Part shown: positions 50,801-59,031 of the stretch, in pieces
Layout of the letters: each line of letters begins with the position of its first letter
How positions within the stretch are numbered: position 1 is the first letter of the stretch
Assembly (NCBI GenBank): GCA_964620655.1
Contig: CAZUJW010000002.1
Coordinates: forward strand, 4,144 to 68,143
Reading direction: 5' to 3'
Length of the DNA: 64,000 nt
From: an uncultured Christensenella sp.
GTDB lineage: Bacteria > Bacillota > Clostridia > Christensenellales > DTU072
The notes under the pieces: model-generated
Told to the model about the DNA's origin: nothing
Database searches by the model: none
Seen by the model: the letters and a program-made list of their open reading frames with translations, nothing else
Program-made: the position numbers and the translations under genes

Positions 50801-53800
50801 TCGCCGACCTCCTTATGAACGTTATTTTCGTACGTTGCGGTAACGCCGCCCGTTAAAGTCGCCGTAACAGTCGTTTCCTTTCCGTTGTAAGTTTTTATTA
50901 AACTTCCTTCCGCGCTTCCCGTCGCGCCGTAAAAATCAACGTTATCTACGGGAACTACTATTCTGTTTACTTTAAGTACGCCCGCCGTTACGGTATAGTA
51001 ATAGTCGTCGGCTTCGCCCGTAAAGTTAATAGCATAGTTACCCACCGAATTACCCATGACGTAGTCGGTGGAAAAACCGTTTTTATAGTCGGGAGTAAGG
51101 ACTCCGACAGTCTTGCCGCCGTCGGCGGATACAAGTCCGTCCGTTATCGTAAGGTCGCAACTACTTAAATCGAATTCGGAATTGTAGTAGCAACTGCCGT
51201 CCTTTACCGTAACGAAAAGTTCTTTTTTTTCTACCGTAAGTTTTACGCTTACGGTAATATCGAAATAATTGTCGGAGTCGGAAGAAAATACCGTCGTATA
51301 TTCGTATTCTCCCGCATGCACCGCAGCCGAAACGGTTTTACCGCCTTTCGTCAATACGAATTTCTGCGTAAATCCCATATTTTGCAATACGGAAAAGTTA
51401 TCGGGTTCAGTCGTCGGAAGACTTACTTTTTCTCCCGAGTAAACAGCCGAAAAGTCTGAAAACTCATTTTCCGTAAATTCGGGACTAACCGTGCTTACGG
51501 CCTTGTTTATGGTAAGAGAATAGCTTTCTTCCGCGGCGAGATAATCGGCAGTCCCCGCAAAGCGCGCGGTAAGAACGTAATATCCCGCGTTCTTTATATC
51601 TCCCGTCAAAAGTTCTCCGTTAAAAGTCCATTTATAGACGGTGTTTTCATAAACGTTACCGTTTATATTCGTTATAGTTTCGTTAATTTCGGACTGCTCG
51701 TAGCTTACGTTCTCGTCGTAATAGGAATAATCGAGAACGAAACTTCCCGTAATCACCTTAATAGCGGTCTTGTATTCGGTAAAATCTTTTCTTAAAGACG
51801 GATTGTCTTCCCCTTTGACGTAACCGAAAATCGTATCGAAATCGAACCCCGCTTTCTTTAACGCGACGTAATCGAACGAGTCGACAGAATACTTAACGCC
51901 GTCTTTTATATAGCTCTTTACCGAAGATATTTCAAAACAATAATCGGCTTTATAATTTTCGTCGGCAGAAGAGGTGTAGTTTATCGAATTGCTTATTTTG
52001 CCGGTTCCTTCGGTGTCGAAAACGTTATTCGCCGAACCTTTATTTTCGCATTTATTTACCTTGCCGTCGTTTTTCTTTACGAAAGCGTAGTCTGCTTCCG
52101 CATAATTTACCGAACTTATTATCGCGCCGTCCGCTTCGTTGTTTTCGGCAAAACCGTAAGTATATACGCCGTAAGTTTCCGCATAGGATATGCTACCTTT
52201 GTTATTTTTACTTATTCCGTAATTTCCGCCGTCGTTACGGACGGATACGTAGCTTATGCTGCCGTAATTATTTTCGCAAACGCCGCTATTTCCCGTACTA
52301 CGCAATTTAAGATTAGTTATCGTTCCGCTTAACGTAGTCGTAAGATTTTCGTCGGTAAGACCTATTACGGAATGACCGTTGCCGTTAAGGTTAAGTTTAA
52401 GTTCCGCTATATTAAGAAGATTTCCGCCGTCTTCCGTATTGTTTACCACCACGTCTTTAGTTAAAACGGCGTAGCCGGTCTTCCCGTCGAGAGATTTAAG
52501 TTGTTCTCTCGTCGACACTATGTACGGGTCGGTAGCCGTTCCCGCCCCCGACGGTTCGGATGCGGTTATTTCTTTTTCCGTCGCGCCTTTGCCGTAATCG
52601 GAATAATCGACGTATCCGTCGTTCGTATTTCCCGAAAGAGTAGCGGAAAGACAGGATATAAAACCTACGTCGGTTCCCGTAAGGTTATACGCCGTGTCGA
52701 AAACTCCGTCGGTTTCGCCGCCTATAAGAGCGTAACCCTTTCCGTATATACTGCCCGAATTATAATCGAAACCGTCTATAACGGATATTTTGCTTTCGCC
52801 CGACAGATATATATCGGAATCGAGTGCATAAACTCCGCTTATAAAGGGTTGAATAAATTTAAGTTTTGTCAAATCGGAATAGCTGCTAAGTAAAAACAGC
52901 GTTTCGGCAGTCCCTTGTCCGTCGAGTAAATTTTTTGCCGCCGTCGAAAAGTCGGGAATATCGGTAGTTTCCGAAATCGTTCCGTCGGTGGTAGCGTAAT
53001 ATTTCTTCTCCGTCGTATCTGTCTCTGACGTATCGGTCTCCGTCGTACCTGTCTCTGACGTCTTGATCACACTTACGCTTACGACGGCGTTTACGTTCGT
53101 TACCGTTCCTTCCGCTATGTTGACGGTTATATCCGACGGCATTTTATTGTCGATTACGGCGTACGAGTCGGTCACCGTACCCGTTCCGTTTTTTGCCACG
53201 ACGTAAACGTCTTGCTGTGCCGCCCACTCTTCGCCCATCGTAACAGCAGTGCCCGACGTTGCGCTCTCTGCCGAATGAGTAAACGTCGCCGCCACGACCG
53301 AATTTGAAACGGTACCGGAATTGGAGTAGGATATCCCGGCAAGCCCGTTGCTGCTGTTTTCTTTTGAGACGTTGATAATTATCTTACCGCCGAAATAACA
53401 ACCGTTTATCGTGCCGCTGTTGATACACGCGATACCGGAAAAATACGATTTGAGCAAAGAAGAATTGTAAACGCATAAATTGTCGCAACCTTCCATTGTG
53501 CCTTTATTCGAATAAACCAATCCGGTATGGTAATTATTGCTTGCCGTGTAGGGCGAAAGAGTTCCGGATACCGTCACGTCGATAATGTTACCTTCGTTTA
53601 TCCACGCTATCGCCATTCCCGCTATAGAAACGTTCTTGAAATAAACGTTCTTTACCGTGCCGCTTGCGGCAATAGTGCCGAAAAGTCTGTCTTTTAAGTT
53701 CTTAACTGCATGTCCGCCGCCGTCGAAAACGCCGCAAAATTCGGATAAATAACCATTGGTCGTAACGTACGAAGCGTCCACGTCGCAATTAAGGCGAACG

Positions 53801-54000
53801 GTTTTTCCGGAATAGTTGTACCGGTTCGTTACCGAGACGGAATAAAAATCGGCGAAATCCTTATCGGAATTTATTTCTATAACTTCGTTATCGTAAGAAA
53901 AATCTGCGTAAACAGCGGTATTAACGGCGGTAATTCCGCATAACGAAATAAGCGTCGCCGCCAATATCGTCACTATGCAAAAACCGACTTTTCTTTTCAC
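47821..54000 (-). CDS. Giant (2059 aa) repetitive surface protein with N-terminal signal and C-terminal TM anchor
   Basis: GTG start with AGGGAGAA RBS. The N-terminal third has F.G.FDG.GH.(V/I).(N/G)L motifs typical of beta-helix/GLUG-type adhesins. A long run of Ig-like repeats follows, with recurrent Y(D/S/N)G strands (MBG-type). C-terminal TM helix plus RKKHG. Confidence 0.7.
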   Translation of the reverse strand: MKRKVGFCIVTILAATLISLCGITAVNTAVYADFSYDNEVIEINSDKDFADFYSVSVTNRYNYSGKTVRLNCDVDASYVTTNGYLSEFCGVFDGGGHAVKNLKDRLFGTIAASGTVKNVYFKNVSIAGMAIAWINEGNIIDVTVSGTLSPYTASNNYHTGLVYSNKGTMEGCDNLCVYNSSLLKSYFSGIACINSGTINGCYFGGKIIINVSKENSSNGLAGISYSNSGTVSNSVVAATFTHSAESATSGTAVTMGEEWAAQQDVYVVAKNGTGTVTDSYAVIDNKMPSDITVNIAEGTVTNVNAVVSVSVIKTSETGTTETDTSETDTTEKKYYATTDGTISETTDIPDFSTAAKNLLDGQGTAETLFLLSSYSDLTKLKFIQPFISGVYALDSDIYLSGESKISVIDGFDYNSGSIYGKGYALIGGETDGVFDTAYNLTGTDVGFISCLSATLSGNTNDGYVDYSDYGKGATEKEITASEPSGAGTATDPYIVSTREQLKSLDGKTGYAVLTKDVVVNNTEDGGNLLNIAELKLNLNGNGHSVIGLTDENLTTTLSGTITNLKLRSTGNSGVCENNYGSISYVSVRNDGGNYGISKNNKGSISYAETYGVYTYGFAENNEADGAIISSVNYAEADYAFVKKNDGKVNKCENKGSANNVFDTEGTGKISNSINYTSSADENYKADYCFEISSVKSYIKDGVKYSVDSFDYVALKKAGFDFDTIFGYVKGEDNPSLRKDFTEYKTAIKVITGSFVLDYSYYDENVSYEQSEINETITNINGNVYENTVYKWTFNGELLTGDIKNAGYYVLTARFAGTADYLAAEESYSLTINKAVSTVSPEFTENEFSDFSAVYSGEKVSLPTTEPDNFSVLQNMGFTQKFVLTKGGKTVSAAVHAGEYEYTTVFSSDSDNYFDITVSVKLTVEKKELFVTVKDGSCYYNSEFDLSSCDLTITDGLVSADGGKTVGVLTPDYKNGFSTDYVMGNSVGNYAINFTGEADDYYYTVTAGVLKVNRIVVPVDNVDFYGATGSAEGSLIKTYNGKETTVTATLTGGVTATYENNVHKEVGDYVVTGTFTIDENYIPLTLKVKLEIKKAVLTVVAPDGNIEYGTAAFLTEAVSVSGFIDGETVSSVFGSEFTYKILDGEKEVSGVYDAGTYSVKTITKDSPNNYDVIYEDGVFTIEKVSIKKSRNDEFSGGEKTYDGTAVEKKIDFFTDEEADVQYTITKSGTAVTEIKNAGEYLIEALVAPKGDLAKNYFADTYACRYVVKKIKYNLTVAEEKYSFVYDGNNKADLNNFSYSGLPDGTAVRLECTQNSVSTEAIRAGVYSIGIIFDGGENEEAAAAYAELEITKKAVTVNIEQTYDYVKNGSVTIEIISIDGAVNDELTADDILLGYRNALSQSIPSIISAGNYFVDIAVRNTDYSVGNPTVNITVNKLTIPFTLGSVSYVYGTTGNTETDGVKYVITETTLTVKNYVYSGETFEITVKTGRNAGIQNVTADDVILTTNYNFVPEGKNEITITPKELLLVWKVDGTETSATSYEAVYSGSSQNGRFSYNVGTLAFGDKASDLSLGIKVSGTAEDIYDVGSYGILVSLYDNVNYKLTNDYFTVRVKKASLSIEVDDAEVWQRESYTASYRCYGKAGDDINKTVTSLKGANIRINTSYAATAPVGSTFDVTVTATFDNYEAEMTKTGKITVIPNPYPDYLSYSYWHDVTYVYTGSEIRVEIAGISEDVTVVYSNNAHTNAGVYTAGVTITYPTGRTQSGNCIITIVAANPVVTVADSERLFIEDYTLTEGDIVGTATFDGNSVSGRFVPDGGQALKEGQSAYGYTFVPDDNRNFNAIYGSANIRTAKITLADFAFDNPDNISFLPDGRTIIYGAVKMRLTPVLDGLVLCRNGNAVDYIEFTKTETVAVTVTLGEQVAFNYIFDVTYQGGSTPVVITEETFNTNGVTFKGDTLEVSKDGGRLSLKDEYKSSYGIYVNGYYYEELILNGNEGEIVIVIRNISTGATVFGGRYAVKVVEDQTSDIKSGYALYFIIGGSVAGAAAIIAVILIIWRKKHG

Positions 54001-54212
54001 GCAGACTTCTCCCTATATATTCTTTTTATTAAGTATATCATACACACGCACGCGAATACAAGTGGTATTTTTTTCTACGGAACGCAAGGCTCTCTTTTTT
54101 ACTGTGTAAAAACCGAGAACGGCAGGTTTTGAGAGCCGTTAGATGTCGAGAAAAGTAAAATTACGGTTGTGTTATAGTTTAATATAGATATGCCACGTTA
54201 AAAAACCGACTT

Positions 54213-55457
54213 TCAGCGGCTCTTTCTCGTGTCGGCGATATTTTTTAAACTTTCGAAAGTCTGTAAGACAAACCCGATAAAGACGGGAACAAAAAATATT
54301 GCTATACGCCAGAAAAGCACCGCCCAGAAAAGGTACCCTTCTTCCACGTACGCTGCGAAAATCGCGTAAAACGACAATTCCGCTATGCCCGCGCCGCCCG
54401 GGGTGGGAGCAAAGGACGAAGCGTAGTTTACGAAAATGCACAATACGAGCGTGTGCCAGAAAGTAACTTCGGTATGTCCTAATCCCCTTATCACGAAAAA
54501 CGGAACGCTGTTGTTGGCGAAAAGTTCTATCATAGCCGAAAGGGCTATAAGGGCTATCATCGCTTTGTTGGTACTCAGATACTTCATTCCGCTCAAAAAG
54601 TTATTTACGTCGTTCTGCATCTTTTTGAGTTGTTTGTCGTAATTTTTGACGATTTTTATTTTGTGTAAAAATTTTATTACGCCTTCCCCGATTTTCAGTC
54701 CGATTTTCGGCTTGAACGCGCATAAAAGCATAAAACTCGGTATAATAAGTCCTGCCGCCACCGACAAAACAGCCACGACCATAACGTAAACGTTGGTGGC
54801 AATTCTCGACGCCGTCAAAATGACGACTACCGCTATTGCGGTAGAGAAAAAGCGGACTATGTGCCTGCTCATCGTGACGGCGCAACTGTCTCCGCCGTTA
54901 AGTCCGCCGCGCATGAGAGTGGCTATCTGGAAAGGTTCTCCACCCATCGACCACGGCGTAATTCTGTCGTAGTACCTGCCCATAAAAGAAACTTTCAGCG
55001 GCAATGCGGCAGAACTTTTCACACCCGTTTTTTTAATCAACGCCGCAAAAACCACCGAATCGGAAAAAGCTATTATAAAATACATCAAAAACGCAAGGGC
55101 GGTATAATACCAATTTTCGGCGAAGTGTTTCATAGCCTCGCTTCCCGCTACCTTGTCGCCGCTCTTGTCTTCCAAAAGTAAAAGGACGAGAACGATAACC
55201 GCGTTAATCACCAAAAACAAAACGTTAAGTAATATAGAATTGCGTCTTTTTTTCTTTTGCGCCTTTAACTTCTCTTCTTCCGACAAAACGGGAACTTGTT
55301 CTTCCGTCGAAGCGAAAGCACCTTCTTGCAAAACTTCTTGCAGCGCGGCAACTTTGCCTTGCGAATGTGCGTCGGAATTATTTTCCGCCGTATTTTCTTC
55401 CGCTGCTACCGTTTTTTCGCACGGTTCATAAATTTCGTTCTTGTTTTCTTCCGCCAT
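54213..55457 (-). CDS. Lysylphosphatidylglycerol-synthase-TM-region (flippase-like, UPF0104) family membrane protein
   Basis: 414 aa. About 70-aa acidic N-terminal tail, then ~8 TM helices; the family call is by resemblance. No SD; see the leaderless promoter. Confidence 0.6.
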   Translation of the reverse strand: MAEENKNEIYEPCEKTVAAEENTAENNSDAHSQGKVAALQEVLQEGAFASTEEQVPVLSEEEKLKAQKKKRRNSILLNVLFLVINAVIVLVLLLLEDKSGDKVAGSEAMKHFAENWYYTALAFLMYFIIAFSDSVVFAALIKKTGVKSSAALPLKVSFMGRYYDRITPWSMGGEPFQIATLMRGGLNGGDSCAVTMSRHIVRFFSTAIAVVVILTASRIATNVYVMVVAVLSVAAGLIIPSFMLLCAFKPKIGLKIGEGVIKFLHKIKIVKNYDKQLKKMQNDVNNFLSGMKYLSTNKAMIALIALSAMIELFANNSVPFFVIRGLGHTEVTFWHTLVLCIFVNYASSFAPTPGGAGIAELSFYAIFAAYVEEGYLFWAVLFWRIAIFFVPVFIGFVLQTFESLKNIADTRKSR

Positions 55458-55464
55458 AAGAATT

Positions 55465-55494
55465 ATTATAACCGTATTCCTGCGTTTTACACAA
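55465..55494 (-). promoter_or_regulatory. Putative promoter giving a leaderless mRNA for the 414-aa membrane protein gene
   Basis: On the minus strand: TTGTGT (55494-55489), 18-nt spacer, TATAAT (55470-55465), then 7 nt (AATTCTT) to the ATG at 55457. Confidence 0.45.
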
Positions 55495-55505
55495 CCGTTT
55501 TGTCT

Positions 55506-55536
55506 GAGTGTGGAGTGTGGAGTGTGAAGAGTGGAG
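55506..55536. repeat. Heptanucleotide tandem repeat (GAGTGTG)x3 plus degenerate copies
   Basis: GAGTGTG at 55506, 55513 and 55520, then AAGAGTG GAG. Lies 12 bp upstream of the putative -35. Confidence 0.8.
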
Positions 55537-55573
55537 TTTTCGATTTTGTAAAAAACGAAACGCTACCGTTCCG

Positions 55574-57127
55574 TCACCGCAAAGAAGCGACTACGCCCCT
55601 TATTCCGTCCGCCGCCGCGCTCGTAATGCCGCCGGCGTACCCTGCGCCTTCTCCGAGCGGATACAGTCCCCTTATCGACGACTCGCATCTGTCGTCTCTT
55701 ATTATCCTTACGGGCGACGAGCTTCTCGCTTCAACTCCCGACAAAACGGCGTCTTTGTCGTCGAAATTTTTTATTCTTCTCGCGATAAGGGGTATCCCTT
55801 CTTTCAGTCCGTTTTTTATAAAATCGGGCAGGAAAGAATTAAGGTCTGTAAGGACGTACCCCGTCGCTACGCTCGGTTTTATCCTGCCTATATCGAGCGT
55901 CTTCCCGGTCATAAAACCGCCGAAAGTCTGCACCGGGACTTTGTAACTGCCCGTAGCGGCATAAGCCGCCGACTCTATCTTGCGTTGCAGTTCTATTCCG
56001 GCAAGAGTTCCTTCGCCGTATTCCCTTTCGCCCACGTTGATAAGTAAAGCGGAGTTTGCGTTACTGCCGTCGCGGGCGTAATTACTCATACCGTTTACGC
56101 AGATTCTTTTTTCTTCGCTCGAAGCGTTCACTACCGTTCCGCCCGGACACATACAAAAACTGTAAAGGCTGTTTCCGTCTGATAATCTTACAGCCGTCTT
56201 GTAATCGGCGGGCGGCAAAGCGTCTCTCTTCCTGCCGTATTGCGAAACGTCAAGGTCTTTCTGTAAATGTTCTATTCGTATTCCCATACTGAATATTTTA
56301 GGAACCATAACTACGCCTTTACCATACAAGGTATAAAACGTATCTCTTGCCGAATGTCCTATACAAAGATAGACTCTGTCGCCGTAAAAATCCCCCTTAG
56401 TAGTCCTTACGCCGTTTATCTTTCCGTCGGAAAAAATAAAGTCGGTAACTTTCGTGTTGAAATAAAATTCCCCGCCTTTACTTATTATTTTTTCCCTAAG
56501 AGATTTAACCACGGTTTCCAATTTGTCCGTGCCGACGTGGGGCTTATTAAGATACAGTATATCTTCGGGAGCTCCGTTGTCGACGAATTCTTTAAGCACT
56601 GCCGGAACGTAAACGCTGTTTATTCCGGTATTTAATTTTCCGTCGGAGAAAGTCCCCGCACCCCCTTCGCCGAACTGAATATTGCTTTCGGTATCCAATA
56701 TAAGGTCGGAATTGAAAACGGCGACTTTTTTCTTCCGTTCTTCCACCCTGTCGCCCCTTTCGAAAATTATGGGGTTTGCGCCCGTTTCCGCAAGGGTAAG
56801 CGCGGCGAAAAGACCGCAAGGACCGGCTCCTATCACTATCGGGCGACTGCCCTCGTACCGCAAATCTGCCACTATATCGGACAGATAATTGTTTTTGTGT
56901 TCGTAGACCGTTCCGCCGTTTTTAAGAGCTTTTTCTGTCTGCGAAGTTTCCGCGGCGACGGTGTAGGTATAAAAAATTTTCTTTTTATCCCTTGCGTCGA
57001 GAGACTTTTTCAGTATCTCCAAGTCGTCGATTTTTACTTTAAGTTTGTTTGCGACGGCTTGTCTTATCGCGTCCTTGTCTTCGCCTTTTTCGGGCGGTAT
57101 ATTTACGCTCGTTTTTATCGTAGTCAT
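55574..57127 (-). CDS. FAD-dependent protein (COG2509-like uncharacterised dehydrogenase)
   Basis: Dinucleotide-binding motif VIGAGPCGLFAALTLAETG. The ATG at 57127 overlaps the upstream stop (ATGA). The longer track start at 57217 would overlap the upstream gene. Confidence 0.75.
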   Translation of the reverse strand: MTTIKTSVNIPPEKGEDKDAIRQAVANKLKVKIDDLEILKKSLDARDKKKIFYTYTVAAETSQTEKALKNGGTVYEHKNNYLSDIVADLRYEGSRPIVIGAGPCGLFAALTLAETGANPIIFERGDRVEERKKKVAVFNSDLILDTESNIQFGEGGAGTFSDGKLNTGINSVYVPAVLKEFVDNGAPEDILYLNKPHVGTDKLETVVKSLREKIISKGGEFYFNTKVTDFIFSDGKINGVRTTKGDFYGDRVYLCIGHSARDTFYTLYGKGVVMVPKIFSMGIRIEHLQKDLDVSQYGRKRDALPPADYKTAVRLSDGNSLYSFCMCPGGTVVNASSEEKRICVNGMSNYARDGSNANSALLINVGEREYGEGTLAGIELQRKIESAAYAATGSYKVPVQTFGGFMTGKTLDIGRIKPSVATGYVLTDLNSFLPDFIKNGLKEGIPLIARRIKNFDDKDAVLSGVEARSSSPVRIIRDDRCESSIRGLYPLGEGAGYAGGITSAAADGIRGVVASLR

Positions 57128-58191
57128 ACGTTTTCTCCCACGATTATTCCGGTGAGGAACGCCCAATGCAGATTGTATCCGCCGCATCTGCCGTCCACGT
57201 CGAGAACTTCTCCGCAAGCGTACAAGCCTTTAATTAGCTTGCTTTCCCCTTTCTCGGTAAAATCTTTCGTATCGATTCCGCCGCGGGTGACCTGCGCGTT
57301 TTGTTTGTCTCCTAAAATAACGTTACTTACGATAAAATCTTTAATACAGCTTTCCACCGATATTTTTCTGTCGGCGGCTTGTTTTTCTACGGCGGCAAGC
57401 ACCGCTCTTTGCAAAAGTCCGTCTTTTCGCATGGTTTTTAGTTCTTCCACCGTGTATTCTACGGCAAGGTCTACGCTTACGTCGTTTCTTTTATTCGGCA
57501 AAACGTAACGTGATATAGCCATACTTACGATGCCGCTTATTCCGTTGTCCTTAAAAAGAAGCTCTCCGTACTCGGAATATACTCTTTCCCCGTCGGTAAG
57601 AAGCGTAACGCGCGCTTTAACTCTTATCCCTGCGAGCTGTTTAACGTATTTTACGTCGCTTTTCAACGCCGACAACACAGGGTAGACTTCCGTCTTTTTA
57701 TGTCCGAACTTTTCGAGTAAAGAATAAGAACCTATTCCGCCCGCCGTTATTCCGCCGGTGCATACGGCTACGTTTTTCGACTTTTTACCGTTTACGGTAA
57801 ATATACCGTCGCTATATTCTACGTCGTCTATCCTGCAGTCGGTGACTATGTCGTCTTCTACGCTCTTTCTTAAAAGGTTAAGAACGGTGCTCGCGCTCTC
57901 GCTGTAAGGATAAATCCTTCCTTCGTCGGTTCTCGTGGTAAGCCCTATCGACTTGAAAAATGCGTACACTTTATCGTTATACGGTAAAAATTTTTCTACG
58001 AAATCGTTATTGTAGTCTTCTCTTTTCACGCTTTCGTTGGAAACGTTGCATTTTCCGTTGCCCGCGACGAGAATTTTTCGACCGACCTTTTTCCCCGCGT
58101 CGAAAATAAGAATTTTTTTATTGCGTTTTTTCGCTACGTCGGCTAACGCGAGTCCGCTCGCTCCGCCGCCGATAATTATTAAATCGTACAT
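57124..58191 (-). CDS. HI0933/YhiN-like (BaiN-type) flavoprotein
   Basis: N-terminal IIIGGGASGLALA Rossmann motif. GNGKCN and C-terminal GGYNL motifs typical of the HI0933 family. Confidence 0.75.
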   Translation of the reverse strand: MYDLIIIGGGASGLALADVAKKRNKKILIFDAGKKVGRKILVAGNGKCNVSNESVKREDYNNDFVEKFLPYNDKVYAFFKSIGLTTRTDEGRIYPYSESASTVLNLLRKSVEDDIVTDCRIDDVEYSDGIFTVNGKKSKNVAVCTGGITAGGIGSYSLLEKFGHKKTEVYPVLSALKSDVKYVKQLAGIRVKARVTLLTDGERVYSEYGELLFKDNGISGIVSMAISRYVLPNKRNDVSVDLAVEYTVEELKTMRKDGLLQRAVLAAVEKQAADRKISVESCIKDFIVSNVILGDKQNAQVTRGGIDTKDFTEKGESKLIKGLYACGEVLDVDGRCGGYNLHWAFLTGIIVGENV

Positions 58192-58198
58192 ACGAATT

Positions 58199-58227
58199 AT
58201 TATACATTAAAAAGCCTTTTCTTACAA
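58199..58227 (-). promoter_or_regulatory. Putative promoter giving a leaderless mRNA for the HI0933-like gene
   Basis: On the minus strand: TTGTAA (58227-58222), 17-nt spacer, TATAAT (58204-58199), then 7 nt (AATTCGT) to the ATG at 58191. No SD. Confidence 0.5.
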
Positions 58228-58242
58228 GTATGATACGGTGTG

Positions 58243-58376
58243 TATATGAAATTTCGTTCATATAAACGGCGGCGTATATGAAAACTTAAATAATCCCCTA
58301 TCTTCATATAAGTATCCATTTATATGAATTCCGTTACCCGTTTGCGGCTTTTTTCGACAACAATCGACTTCATATA
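58243..58376. repeat. Six copies of an 8-mer in strictly alternating orientation (TATATGAA / TTCATATA)
   Basis: TATATGAA at 58243, 58275 and 58321; TTCATATA at 58257, 58303 and 58369. The three pairs have spacers of 6, 20 and 40 nt. Confidence 0.85.
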
Positions 58377-58377
58377 C

Positions 58378-58411
58378 AAAAAAATCTCCGACGGTGGGAG
58401 AACCGTCGGAG
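58378..58411 (-). terminator. Rho-independent terminator after the 58504-59353 gene pair
   Basis: 9-bp stem CTCCGACGG/CCGTCGGAG with an 8-nt loop, followed on the minus strand by A-T7. Confidence 0.75.
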
Positions 58412-58503
58412 TATATATCATTGCGTACGCGTATAAATGGGAACAGATTACTTTTAGGATGAATAACGCGCACGTAGATTTTCTTTTTTTGCGGAACGGC
58501 AGT

Positions 58504-59031
58504 TTAGCAGCCTACTCCGAACGCGTCGGAAAAACTTATTCCCGAACGATGGAAGTATGCGCTCAGTCTTGCGAATACGCTCTTTATCTTTTCTTCGTTG
58601 CCGACTTCGACGTATTCCACGCCGTTTCTTTCGGCTACCGCCTTTACCTTGTCGCAGAATTCTCCGTCCTTACCGAAAGTCTGCATAACGTAAATTTTCG
58701 CAGAACGGTGCGCCGCTCTTATCTTTTTCAGAAGTTCGGAATATGCGATAAAAGTTTCTTCCGAGTCGTCGTCTTCTTCGCCCAAAGATACGAGAATGAT
58801 GGCGGGATCGAGATTTTTCAGACAGTCGTCCACGGCTTCCACAGCTTCGGATACTTTCATACCTTCGATACTTCTGTTGTATACGGCGTAATCGGTGATA
58901 TGCCCCTGCATAAGTTCGTAAAAAGGAAAGTTGAACAAATAGGTTGAACCGAATACCGCTACTTCGTTTCTTAACGCAACTTCGTTAATAATCGTGTACT
59001 TTTTAGCTTTTTCCTTAACATCCTTTAACAT
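58504..59031 (-). CDS. Hypothetical protein, weakly SGNH/GDSL-hydrolase-like
   Basis: GGAGAA RBS precedes the internal ATG at 59031. VAVFGSTY and SLGEEDD blocks vaguely resemble SGNH blocks I/III. The family call is weak. Confidence 0.4.
   Translation of the reverse strand: MLKDVKEKAKKYTIINEVALRNEVAVFGSTYLFNFPFYELMQGHITDYAVYNRSIEGMKVSEAVEAVDDCLKNLDPAIILVSLGEEDDDSEETFIAYSELLKKIRAAHRSAKIYVMQTFGKDGEFCDKVKAVAERNGVEYVEVGNEEKIKSVFARLSAYFHRSGISFSDAFGVGC

Noticed and set aside
54088-54148. Interrupted hairpin GGCTCTC-N13-AAAACC-N10-GGTTTTGAGAGCC between the 414-aa gene and the giant adhesin gene as a riboswitch or attenuator
   Set aside because: It is real complementarity, and the inner AACGGC/GCCGTT stem (54118-54140) followed on the minus strand by a T5 run 5 nt later may be a weak terminator for the 414-aa gene. 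It is too small and featureless to call a regulatory RNA, and it lies upstream of the adhesin promoter.
58258-58947. ORFs 58258..58473 (minus, 71 aa) and 58324..58947 (plus, 207 aa)
   Set aside because: The first spans a terminator and the palindrome array and has no RBS. The second is antisense to the 58504-59031 gene and begins in the repeat region. Neither has recognisable motifs.
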